DNA of 64,000 nt from Gekko japonicus. Taxonomy: Eukaryota. The DNA is taken from contig NW_015169184.1 in NCBI RefSeq assembly GCF_001447785.1, positions 767,453 to 831,452 on the forward strand. Direction: 5' to 3'. Positions 52,513-64,000 of the stretch are shown piece after piece. Both the position numbers and the translations under genes were made by a program. The stretch's first letter is position 1, and the number at the start of each line of letters is the position of its first letter. The notes under the pieces were generated by a model that was not told the origin of the DNA, made no database searches, and saw nothing but the letters and a program-made list of their open reading frames with translations.

Positions 52513-54100
52513 GGGACTTCCAGTTTATGGTGACCCACTAGCGGACGTGTTCCCGATAGCTCTCAGGGAGGTGATCCGTGCAGCAGTGGCTGGGGGGGGG
52601 GAATTGTCCACTACCCCCCGAAGCCTTTGTGATAGGCTCCTAGCCATGAGGCTTTTGAAGGGTGGCCTCTTCGCCAGTGCAATGCTGGGGAATTGAGGCG
52701 CTCTTCTGCCCCGATGGTCCAGCCGTTGTGTGTCCGAAATGGAACCTGAGCCGCCAACCGGGACAAGCGTTGGAGATCGGGCGTTTTACACGTACCTTTG
52801 GCAAGGTCTTTGGACCAACAATGAACAGTGAGTTGAGTTAAACAAAAACATTGGGATTATAAAAGAAAGCTCCACACGGGATTGGCAAGACCAGTGAGTG
52901 GGGGAGGGGGCCCTCCCACACGCATAAATGAAGTAGCGATCTTCTAAGGGGGAGCTGAAGTAAAAGCGTTAAAATCTGTTTTGAAAGATACACTAGAGCG
53001 CCAATAAGTGATTGGGCAAATTGCAGAGACTTCAGCAAGTTCTTTTTAAAAGTAAGCAATCCACTAACATGGCGCTATGAAAAACGGAGAAAGAAAAGCA
53101 AGCGAAACTGAAACCTCCTGGAAGTGTGAGCCCAGGACCGGAAGATACCACTGAGTTTTCTAAGCTGTTAGCAGACTCTTTGCGCCCTCTACTGGATCAG
53201 ATGATGAATATCAATCAACAGCTGACAGCATTAAACCAGAACTTTGTAACTCAGCAGCTCCAACTGAATGAAACTACAAAATTGTCNNNNNNNNNNNNNN
53301 NNNNNNNNNNNNNNNNNNNNNNNNNNNNNNNNNNNNNNNNNNNNNNNNNNNNNNNNNNNNNNNNNNNNNNNNNNNNNNNNNNNNNNNNNNNNNNNNNNNN
53401 NNNNNNNNNNNNNNNNNNNNNNNNNNNNNNNNNNNNNNNNNNNNNNNNNNNNNNNNNNNNNNNNNNNNNNNNNNNNNNNNNNNNNNNNNNNNNNNNNNNN
53501 NNNNNNNNNNNNNNNNNNNNNNNNNNNNNNNNNNNNNNNNNNNNNNNNNNNNNNNNNNNNNNNNNNNNNNNNNNNNNNNNNNNNNNNNNNNNNNNNNNNN
53601 NNNNNNNNNNNNNNNNNNNNNNNNNNNNNNNNNNNNNNNNNNNNNNNNNNNNNNNNNNNNNNNNNNNNNNNNNNNNNNNNNNNNNNNNNNNNNNNNNNNN
53701 NNNNNNNNNNNNNNNNNNNNNNNNNNNNNNNNNNNNNNNNNNNNNNNNNNNNNNNNNNNNNNNNNNNNNNNNNNNNNNNNNNNNNNNNNNNNNNNNNNNN
53801 NNNNNNNNNNNNNNNNNNNNNNNNNNNNNNNNNNNNNNNNNNNNNNNNNNNNNNNNNNNNNNNNNNNNNNNNNNCTCTTGTGTTTTTCTTTAAACAGTGA
53901 AATTACTGGTTAAAAAGTTAAATAATATAGCTTAAACGACCATGTTCAATGTAACTATAGCATTTTAGATTAACACTGATACAAGCTACTGGAATGATCT
54001 CCTATACTTGGGTTTTTAGTAGGTTACTTTTCTTTCTCCCTTAGTTGTAATTCCCCTCCCTTATTTTCGTTGTAGTTTATAGAAAATGCAATAAAAAAAT
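52513..54100 (+). mobile_element. L1-like LINE with 5'UTR, ORF1 start and polyA end; middle in assembly gap
   Basis: GC-rich GGGACTTCC 5' end; ATG 53069 MAL*KTEKEKQAKLK...LLDQMMNINQQLTALNQNF (coiled-coil-like, premature TGA); AATAAAAAAA at ~54090. Confidence 0.6.
53287..53874. other. Assembly gap
   Basis: Run of N. Confidence 1.
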
Positions 54101-55485
54101 CCCCTCCAGGTGGCAAAAAAATAAAAAATAAATCCAGCTGATTGACAGTTTGATGGGTTGAAAGACAAATTCCAGTGGGATAGCTGTGTTACAGTGAAAT
54201 CCTAAGATGCTTTTCTGCAGATGAGCTCTACTGTAGATTTGAGTAGGATTCTGAGAGCAGACCTGCTTAGGATTGGTCTCTATGGAGCAAACTAGATAGT
54301 ATCCCTGAGGTCACCTTGAGGAGGCACCTCCATTTTGTAAAGTGAGTTTCCTGGAGGGAACTCCTTAAAATAGTGCTACAAGATCCTGATTCAACACAGT
54401 TGTCCTTCCCACCGTCCAACTTGATCAATCTTCGTTTTTATTGGTACCCACTGAAGTGAGCTTTGACTCACAAAAGCCAATACCCTGGAACATTTTGTTA
54501 GTCTTGAGTGTACAGAGGTGTTACCATAGGCCAGCAAGGCCAAACAGAGTACTGTATTTAGAAATTATAAACCTGCAAGAAAAAGGATCTTTCCTTGGTC
54601 ATGTACTGTTTGAAGCCTAGCTTTTCACAGCTCCTGGTTAAATGTCATTATATTCTTTAGTCATGTGTTTTTTCTGAATAAACGTTCTTGGGCTGGTCAA
54701 TTTGCCTCAGACATCAATCCAGGCTTATGTGAGTTTATAGTTCCCAGGCCCAGATTCTAACTCCTCAAACCATTTGAACATTTCCAGTGGGACCCCTGGT
54801 TCTGTAGGGTAGGTGGAAAAAATGTGTGCTGGCGGGAAGGATCCTGAGGGCAGATGTCACACTCAATTTATGTTGTGCTTCATAAGTAATCTTTAGGGAG
54901 CCCTGGTTTCTTTACACCGTGATACCAGAACTCATAAAATTTGCCACTGTAGGTGTATTGGGGTAGAAAGCATAGTCCACAGGCATGCCACAGGAGAGCC
55001 AGTGTGATGTAGGGGTTTAAATCCCTATTCAGATATTGAGCTCAGTGAGTGACCTTGGACCAATTACTATTGCTCTCAGTCTAACTGATGTCACAGGATT
55101 GTTGTGTGGATAAAATGGAGGAGAGAGGAGAACTAAGTATGTTGCTCTGAGATCTCTGAAGGCAGAGCAGAATAAAAATATGATGGGTATATTGAGAAGG
55201 AGAAAAAATACATTTCTTCCTAAACCACCCCTTTCAGTCATGACTGAGTCAAAATAATCATGATAAAAGCAACAGCCACTTATTATTAATAATGGCAGGT
55301 AGCTTTGAGGTACCTAGAGGAACATGGCTATATTTATTTTGAAAATAACCTTAAATGCTGGACTAATCTTGAAAGAGACTTAATGAATTCTCAGCAGTAT
55401 GTATATAACTGTCAAGCTCAGGCTAACTTTCGATTTCTTTCAACTCTGTTTCTCATTGTTGCTGGAGTGCATGGGAGTAGACGCT

Positions 55486-55887
55486 GGCCCCTGCCACACG
55501 GCAGGGGGTAAGTCGCTCAAAGCGCGGCTTTTAAAAGCCGCGCCAAAGTTGAGACGCCGCGGCGGGATCCCATGGATCCCCTGGGCCGCGGCGCCTTTTC
55601 TCCCTGGCACGATCAGATGCCGGGGAGAAAACACAGTTCAGATGGGGAGCCTGCCAAACTGCGCATGTCGGAGCATGCGCAGTTCGGCTAGGAGCCGGGC
55701 TTGCGGCGCCTCGTCGAGATGAACCACCTAGGTAGGTGGTTCTAAGTTGATGCGCTGTTTCGGGCAGAAGGGCCGGTTCAGGGACGGAAGCACTACGCTT
55801 CCCAGATGTTGTGGTGGGATCGTGCCCTTTTGCTGCATCCCCGAATTGTCCTTCTACCGGCCCAAATTCATCCGTGTGGACGGGGCC
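55486..55887. mobile_element. PIF/Harbinger-like MITE
   Basis: TIR GGCCCC..CCACACGG; 3-bp TSD GCT; shares TTCCCAGATGTTG..GATCGTGCCC block with the 31823 and 32539 copies. Confidence 0.83.
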
Positions 55888-57546
55888 GCTGTAACTTTCC
55901 TGAAGAAGCACCCCAAGTCAGTTTCCCATGAGACTGACCTTGGAGTACCTTTCTCTGCCAGCCTAGCCTACATCTGTCTGTGTTGCCATAGTAACGTCAG
56001 CGGTAGAGGTGATGTGTATGGATGTGGAATTTTATGCTTTTACCTATATCTTGTAATTTCCCATGCATTTCTTCAGCCCTAACAAAAGCTCTTGAACCCA
56101 CAGCATCACATCTCCAATAAAGCAGTACACTGCCGACAGTGTGTGTGAATTGGCTGGGGACCTAACAATAACTTCAGTAGGGAAAAGAGACCATTGAGAT
56201 GGAATACATTGTTGCAGGATTGCCCTCTGATCACTGAGGCTCAGTCTATCCCGCTAACTTATCTCACAGGGTTGTTGGGAGGATAAAATGGAGGAGGAAA
56301 GAATGATGTTATAAATCCCGTTTGGGGGGGGAAAGCAGGGTATAAATATTTAGATAAGCAAGTGGGCAGTATTTTTGCCAAGCCACACACAGGGAGTGGT
56401 CAACAGTGAGATGAGTCAGAAAAGAGGCAACTGCCTCTGCCCCCCTTCCCGTGGGTCCCCAAGACCTGTAGCAGTGCACAGGCCACTGCTATGGAAGAAG
56501 TGAATGGGGAAGTGGTGGTTGCCCATCAGGTACAGCACTTCTGCCACAGTTAAGGCCAGCTGCCCTCACCTTCTTCCCTTCTTCAGGATGCACACCACCA
56601 CCACCACAGGTAGAGGTATTGTTTCCTATTTTTTCCCTTCTTTAGCAAACAGGCAGAGAGGCAGCAATGGCTGCTGAACACCACTGGCAACTTTTAATTC
56701 ACCTGACCATGCAAGCATTGATGGTTATTGGGAGGTGGGAGAAAGTAAGCAAGCGAACAGCAATGGCTGTTCACATACCCAAGAGGGTAAGTGAGAAACT
56801 CTGCTAAGTCCGGCCTCTGCCTTCACTTGCCTGTTCTCCATCTGCCTTGCAAGAGTGCCACAATTAGGAATGGGACTGCTGAAATACGTCTTGCCAATGG
56901 CTCTGGGGCCCTGGCTATCCTATTGCAAACTGAGCTTGAAAGACTCCTCTGACTCAAAAGTGTTTTGACAGGGAGCATGATAGGCCACTGTTTACAGAAA
57001 CAGAAGCCCTAAATTCCCTTGGGCATGCAGAATCACAAAGTGATCTGAAACAGAGTTGCACCCTTCTAAATCCATTGAGGTCAATGGGCTTAGAAAGAGC
57101 GTAACGGTTTAGGACTGCAATGCCTTCCATGCAGTCCTCTGAGGACTCAAACGAAACATCCTGCCATCAAGTATGAGAGATTCTGGTTGAAGAAATATTT
57201 GCCTGAGTCAGAAATCAGTGGGAACACATTATACCTTTTCTTTCAACATACACATGAAGGGAAATTTTATGGTGAATTTTTTACACACTAAGAACAATCC
57301 AATACAGGTGATAGCTTTTATTTATTTATTTTAAAAACCTGATAGACGCTAGGAGAGGCATGTATTTCACTAATTACTGCCCTCCATGTTCTTGCATGTG
57401 TGGGGCATGTGATATGTTCAAATTTCCATAAAACATCTCCTTTCCCCTAAGTCAGGTTAAGTAGCAGTTTTTTATTACTTTGCTTGGAGCCTGGCTAATC
57501 CCGGAGTTTCTTTGTTTGTAAAACTGATGATCACAGTGTCCCCTCC

Positions 57547-58036
57547 AGCCAGTTTGGTATAGCGGTTAAGAGCACAGACTCTGATCTGGGAAAACCAGGT
57601 TTGATTCCCCACTTCTCCACATTCAGCTGCTGGTGTGACCTTGGGTCAGTCACAAGTTCTCTCCAAGCTGTTCTCAAAAGAGCAGTCCTTGAAAGAGCTC
57701 TCTCAGCCCCACCTACCTCACAGGCAATGTTCCCTCTAAGCTGTGGAGTCTTGTGAGCAAAAATTCAACTTTGTGAGCTACTGGCATTAAAGTCGTGAGC
57801 GCAATTTGCCTACTGCATAAATTAGTTTGCTCTGGAGCCATCCTTTCTGAGCTAAGAGAAAAATGTGTGAGCCAGAGGGTAAAAAAACTGTGAGCTAGCT
57901 CACACTAACTCAGCTTAGAGGGAACACTGCTCACAGGGTGTATGTTGTAGGGAGGAGAAAGGAAAGGAGATTGTAAACCACTCTGAGACTCCACTGGGTA
58001 CTGAAGGGCGGGTTATAAATCCAGTCTCTTCTCTTC
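57547..58036 (+). mobile_element. Squam3-type SINE interrupted by a hAT MITE
   Basis: SINE sequence resumes exactly after the MITE TSD. Confidence 0.85.
57725..57929. mobile_element. hAT MITE (205 bp; same family as 44496, opposite orientation)
   Basis: 19-bp TIR with one mismatch; perfect 8-bp TSD CTCACAGG. Confidence 0.92.
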
Positions 58037-60573
58037 CCCGACAGCAAGACCTTGCGTTCTAGGAGAACCTTGAGGTCTAAGCACCAGGAGGACTACTATA
58101 CCTAGTAATCTCTCTTACTTCTTTTTCTCTTCATTTCATATGGCTCACTGGGAAATAAAATTTCTTCTGATGTAGCTGAAAATGAGAGGAGCCCTCACCA
58201 ATCTTCCCCAAAGAATCGCCTCTGTGCTTGACTAGTAGACCACTTATTTCAAACTGGTTACCATCTTGTGCTTAAGGGTTTTGCTTCACTTCAGGTTCAA
58301 AGGAACAGAGATATTTTAGGTTCGAGTTTAGCTCTGCTTGACAGAACAAGCCTCTCTGAACCAGTTCCGGGTTCCAGCCGAAAGCATGGCTGGTATTGAG
58401 ATTCCTCTGGTCCCCAGAGATACCTGGGCTGGGTAGCTTGATTAGGTTGAGGCTTCCACCCTCCCCCCAGGAGATAGTTGGCTTTAAAAAGGGTGTTTGA
58501 TAAAGGCAGGGAAGTCTGTCAGTGGTTAATGATGACCAAGTGCACTTCCTCATTCAGAGGCCAGTAACCCTCTCAGTTTCAGTGCTGGGGCCAACAACAG
58601 GAGAGGGCTTTGGCTTCCATGCACTGCTTGTAAGGCTTGGGGGGCATTTGGTTGGCCACTATATAAAACAGGATGTTTGACTAGATGGACCATTCATCTG
58701 AACCAGGATGGCTGCTCTTATGCACATGCTGAATAATGCACTTTCAATCCACTTTTAATGCTTAGTGATTTTTTGCAAGTGGATTTTGCCATGGAACACA
58801 GTAAAATCCAGTTGCAAAGTACACTGAAAGTAGATTAAAAGCACATTGTTCAGAGTGTGTGCTCAAACCATTAGAAACAAAGGTCCTTTCAGCATTTGCC
58901 TGCCTCTCTGGATTCTCTCAGTGTTCGAGTCGAGGCAATTTAAGTCCACGGCAAGGAATTCATTAAATCTTGAACAGTCTTGTACTTGAATTTTCCTTTG
59001 GTCTTAAAAGTAAGGTAGGTTTACCATTTCTCTGGTTGGGGAGGAGGTTCCCCCACTGCAAGCTCCCATTGCCCAGTGCCCCTCCAAGAGGCAAAGGGAA
59101 TTTAAAAAAATGGTGGCATCACGGAAACCCGGAAGTGACAGGAGTAAGTCTATGGCTTTACCATGAAGTTTCCAGTGATTCCTAGAGCTACTCACTGTCA
59201 CTTTCACGTTTTCCCCAGAAGTGATGTCATCATGCCTGCTCCATGGCTGTCCCACCATGTCCTCAGTCTGGCAACCCAGCCTGGGAACCCTAACGGCAGT
59301 ATTTGATTTATTCATTTAATTACTTAGAAATCTTTTGTATTATTAAAATATTCTTCTAATTAACTGAGCAGCAGGGGGTTGGGGTTTTGTTTTGTTTTTT
59401 GGGAATGCCATTAGTTATCTTGAATTAAAGTATTTACAAATCCATGGTGGGAACAGGCATCTTCTCTGAGAGGTGTCTCTAACTCTGTCACACGCAAAGA
59501 AGTAATGACTCTTCTGTGACAATGCTTACTGTGATGCATACATCATATAAGCAAAAAGAAAGACTGTTTTTGTCCTCAGAAACACCCTTTTACTCAAAAA
59601 TCAATTAACAGACTTAATTGATCAACCAATTAAATCTCATCTAATTAGTGAACTAAGTTTTCATTAATCAAGTGACAACCCTAATTAAAATGCTTGTAAC
59701 TTCAAATAAAAAGTGCCTTAAACAAAAAGAGCCCTAAAAAAACACAAGGGATATAACATTTGGTTGAAGACACATGACATGTCAAGATAGTTGTGTCAGG
59801 ATTTTAAAGTGATTTTGTTGTGTGAAAGGAACCTCTATTAATAGTTTACGTGCTGGTCATTCACATTTTTTCAAAAGCTTTTTTTTTTATAGGATAATTC
59901 CAAGAGAGAATTTGCCTCAGTGATGAGATAAGACATAAGAAAGCTGTGCTTAAAAACTTGCTCGAGAAACTTAAAACGCTCTTTCTGTCTCTCAAAGCAG
60001 GGTAATGGAACAGAAATGTTTCCTATAGGAACATCATGTCCAGGACTTTTCCACTACTCCCTTTCCATTGCAGTCCTTCAGGTTTGCAAAAAATTACCCT
60101 TGAAATGGCATGGGACACAGTGTGGGGGTCTGCAGTTCAAAGGGGAGAATTGGCAGACATTGCTTCCCCGGTGTTGCAAGCAGAAGTGCCCCTCCACTCA
60201 CCAAAGGAGGAATTTGGATTGAACATATTGGTTTGGATCCAAACTAGTATTTCCATGGGCACAAGGATTTTTACCAGTGGAAGGTAGTAACAAGCCCAGA
60301 AGCACCTTTAAAATTAAGAAACTTAATATTGTAGCATAAGCTTTCAAGAAACACAGCTTTCTTCATCAGATGCATGGAGGGACAAGTGGAAGGCGATCTT
60401 ATCATCTCCCCCCTCCTGCAGCAGCCTGAAATGTCCCCTCATTTGGAGTTACTGTTGGAGTGGGGAAGGCAGGAAATCATACTCCGCAGGTGAACTCTTT
60501 ACACCTGTGGAAGCACTAGTCTGGATGCAAACTATTTACTGTAAAATTCACATAATTCCCTTCCCTTCATTAC

Positions 60574-60702
60574 GCCCATCACATGTTCAGTTTTTGCAAA
60601 ATAGTCAAGGGAACCAAAGCAGAGAATTGCGACCACGCCAAAGGATGGTGGTCCCAACCCGTAAGAACAGATTATCGACATAAGAGAATGTATTCATTGG
60701 AG
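60574..60702 (-). other. Candidate SCN1A poison exon (20N-like region); 3' boundary uncertain
   Basis: Acceptor TTTCAATTTTTTACAG| then CTC CAA TGA (in-frame stop); contains GATAATCT...TGGTTCC motifs resembling recalled human exon 20N. Confidence 0.35.
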
Positions 60703-62779
60703 CTGTAAAAAATTGAAATAGTTTTCTGATGCCATCAATTGCAAATGGAGTCATTGCTGCTTCAGTAAAAGAGGCATTTTAAAAAATCTGCTAAAGAATG
60801 TTCAAGATACCAATTTCTTGTTAAAGCTGCCTCCTTGGAAACTGGACTGGAAATTTGAAATATGATAAAACTTGAAAGCAATCAGCCAGGAATGTGCAGA
60901 AGACATGCAAAACGGAAAGTGCAAGGTGGAGTCTTTTTTAAAAAAAATCCTCCTTTTTGGCTTTGCTGCTTTAATCGAAACATCAAGCACGGCGTGACAT
61001 GCTGTCTTCCAGTGAGTTTACACATAAACACATGCTTTATCTCTACAGAAATTAATTCTCTAAATTTAGCAAAGCAAATGGATAGTCATTTTTTTACATT
61101 TACAACAACATACATGTTTGGCACTACTGCAAGAGGCGTTGCATTACAGGGAATATTAAAAAGACAAATAGGAAGCAATAGCTATATTAAAATCTCATTT
61201 TGCAAGTAGGTATAGGCACATATCTACATGCACTAAGATTAGAATATAGCTCTCAGTCCATGATAGAGATCTAATTTTGAATGAAAGCAGGAGCTTACTT
61301 TGCCTTCCAGCACCTATGCGGAGTTAGAATCGTTCAAATTTTCCCCTTCAAGAGATTCAGTAAGTTCTCAGGATAACACAACAAACTTGTATCCTTTTTA
61401 GAAATACTCTCTTTTGATCATTTTTGTCCCTGTTCCTATGGGGCTATTGTGAGCAATAAAACAGTTGAATTATATTTCACAGACTTACATTGTCCTTAGG
61501 TCTTGTGGCTGTCTTCTGCATACGACTAACATTACCAGTTTTTGGAACAGAGAAATCATATGAAATTAATTTAAAGCTCCATATATTAAATAGAAGAACG
61601 CAAATATGTGAACACTGAAACGTTCTTGGGAATGACAGGTCAGAACCTAAACTGTAATTGCATGAAAATGTCCCATTGTAACTAAATGAAACCAGATATG
61701 TTTTAAAATAATGCTAAAACCAGATTGATGATGCTAGACCACAATTTCCTTTCAGCTTGAAGGGCACTCATTATTGCCAGCTCTGAATCTGTTGACTGAT
61801 GTTTTCAGGATAAATAACGGTCTTGTTTGCGAGGATTTAAGTGTTGGTCCTATTCTTAATTTATTAATAGCTTTCATTACCAAGAAGTATATTTCAATGA
61901 ATGAGACTTCTCAGTTAAAAAGCTGGAAACTAACTGACGCTCAGAGGTGGAAGCTTAAGGCAGCAAACATGATTTGTGGCATTACTACTGGCCCAATGAC
62001 TTCCAAACCTGCTGAGTTCTAGACTGCCAGGAAATCAGAATCCATAGACCAAACTCACTGCATGGTGAGAAAAGAAGATACTGTACTGGGAATGGAGAGC
62101 CCCAAAAGATCAGTAAACATTATTTAAGGGACTTTTAGGTCCCCAGCTTATTTCCCCAGAATAAAAAAAGTCATTAATGAACATCAGATAAAAATGGTTT
62201 CAAGTTACAAACTTCATGAAACATCCTAAAGGACATAGTCTGTGTTCTACTCACACTAGCTGAACTGTAGTTCTGTGGTGCCCATGGCACTGACCGACTG
62301 CTGCCCATAATGAAAGTAAGGGGGTAATTAATTGTCTGCAGTACTCATTTCCTCTGTAGCAACCCAATCCTGTCAATGGCATGTATTCAACCACCCAGTT
62401 CTTTCGATGGAATGGCATTTCCATTTATGGAAGAAGGGGTGGTAATTTCTGTTGATTCCCAGCTTCTACTGCAGACACTCACTTTGCACCCTGTGCTGTT
62501 CCTGAGGGTCCACTATGCCCTAGAAACAATATTTGGGGTAAGGGGGGTTCAGTGGGCTGCAGCAGGATGGGGAAGCAAGGAAGTCCTACTCAACTTGCCT
62601 TTGTCTTGTTCCCCACAGAATGTGGCTGCTGAAATATGAACTGTCTCATAGTGCAATCCTAAGCAGAGTGACACCCTCCTCAGTCCACTGAAATTAATGG
62701 ACTTAAAATGGTGTAACTTTATTTAGAATTGCAGAGTCCCAAGTGTTTTGTTATGAAGTTTCATAGAAGTTCTTTTTCC

Positions 62780-63373
62780 TGTTCACGAATCATTCATTAA
62801 CAGACACCGATTTCTGTGAAAGGTGCACAGTTTCTAAATTCTGGCCAAGTGCTTTGGCGAAAAAATTCTGTGTAAGTCATTTGCACACTTTATACACTTT
62901 GCCACTGGATTTGTGTTTTCAGATCACTAGATGTTATTTCTTTGGCTCCTTGGCTCAATGAGATAAACCTTTTAAGCAACGGCGGGGGGATGGATAGGAA
63001 ATGGCATAACAGATACAGTTGTTTACACATGACACCTTGGTTCCTTCTAAATAGCATTAACGAGAAAAGTTGCAATGGAAATTGCTTGCGAATGGGAATA
63101 AAATGAAACCCAGTCTAATCATTTTTCTTCTTATATGAACCTTTTTTTGCAGAATGGCATATTCTTGGTACTCATATTACATGAACATTAAGCATCATTG
63201 CTTTTCTTGAAGGTAATTTAGGAAGGAGTACAAAGAACAACAGTTCCCCAAACATTTGTGCCAACAAAAAACACATTTGCAAGAATGTTCATGAATAGTA
63301 AATAAAAAGAAGTATGGAGAAGTATGGAGAAACCAAACAGTCAGTCGAAAAACCGAATGAATGTTCGTGAACA
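62780..63373. mobile_element. Old TIR element
   Basis: TGTTCACGAATCATTCATT ... AATGAATGTTCGTGAACA inverted termini. Confidence 0.5.
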
Positions 63374-63397
63374 CTACAGCGATTGACCAGCTCTTAC

Positions 63398-63477
63398 CCT
63401 ATTCCACTGCTGACTTCTCAATTCATGAATTTCTCGTTTAAAGGGATTTGTTGAAATTAAGGGGTGGTTAGATGCAC
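63398..63477 (-). other. Candidate 80-nt poison/cryptic exon in SCN1A intron 20
   Basis: ACTGAC branch-like motif, ATTTCAG|GTG...AGG|GTAAGA; in-frame TAA at codon 7. Confidence 0.3.
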
Positions 63478-64000
63478 CTGAAATTCATGTACTGAGTCAG
63501 TTTCAATTTACAATATTTCTTCTTCCAAATTTTGAAGAAAAGATAATGCAACCTGATGGATACAATTCGAGGAACTGAGCTCTCATCGTCTGAATTTAAT
63601 TTCAGGGTACTGCTGATGGCTTTACATCTAAGCACTATTTTAGACAACAGGGCAGTAGGTTGCTCTCATTAGATAAGATTTTTAAAATATTCTTCAGAAG
63701 CTGTTTCCTCTTATGTTTCCATGAAGCGGCAAGAAAAGCATTCTCTCAGAATAACAGGTTTGAATAACATGCAATTTGGATCGATTTGTATACAGAGAGC
63801 AAACTAATTGTTCCAACTTTGGAGCTAATGGCTTCAAAGATGAACAGTCTTTGGAAGTTTTTCTTTCGTGACCAGTACTGTCACAAGCTAACCCATTATC
63901 TTTAAGGATGAGAAGAAAACAGGGATATAGCGTAAGCAACTTTTCTGAGATAGCAGTTAAGCAGTGATCTTGAGTTATTTCAGAAAGCAAACATATAATA

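Noticed and set aside
61290-61495. Isolated minus-strand donors (AAA|GTAAGC, AAT|GTAAGT)
   Set aside because: No convincing paired acceptor; expected by chance.
62300-62350. CCCATAAT and GGGGTAAT...CAGTAC resembling the recalled 3' end of human exon 20N
   Set aside because: The motifs are in the wrong relative order and abut a repeat; weaker than the 60.6-kb candidate.
63694-63990. 98-aa minus-strand ORF as a possible SCN1A exon 20
   Set aside because: No DIII S4 (KSLRTLRALRPLRALSR) similarity; exon 20 must lie beyond the window.

Overview
Vertebrate nuclear DNA, almost certainly from a squamate reptile. The SINE/MITE repertoire (Squam3-, Squam2- and Sauria-type SINEs, BovB, CR1) suggests a gecko; the species cannot be determined. 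Two protein-coding genes lie on the minus strand in the conserved amniote order. TTC21B (IFT139, IFT-A ciliary TPR protein) contributes its CpG-rich promoter and coding exons 1-13 (34397->614) and runs off the left edge. SCN1A (Nav1.1) contributes its last six coding exons (classical exons 21-26, 51323->42315), a ~2.1 kb 3'UTR, and ~12.7 kb of intron 20 running off the right edge. All 19 exons were placed by splice dinucleotides and in-frame joining. The rest is intronic or intergenic DNA dense in transposable elements, plus three N gaps. There is no prokaryote-type system or CRISPR array, and nearly all small ORFs in the track are spurious. Best leads: (1) two candidate stop-containing poison exons in SCN1A intron 20, one apparently orthologous to mammalian exon 20N but with a shifted acceptor; (2) the U2-type AT-AC intron of SCN1A; (3) a three-tier SINE<LTR<hAT nest with both inner target-site duplications (TSDs) intact; (4) long direct repeats flanking a single ~58-bp transposon end, seen twice; (5) CpG-rich Harbinger-like MITEs with NNT target duplications near the TTC21B promoter. 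Comparisons to human sequences are from memory and need checking by alignment.
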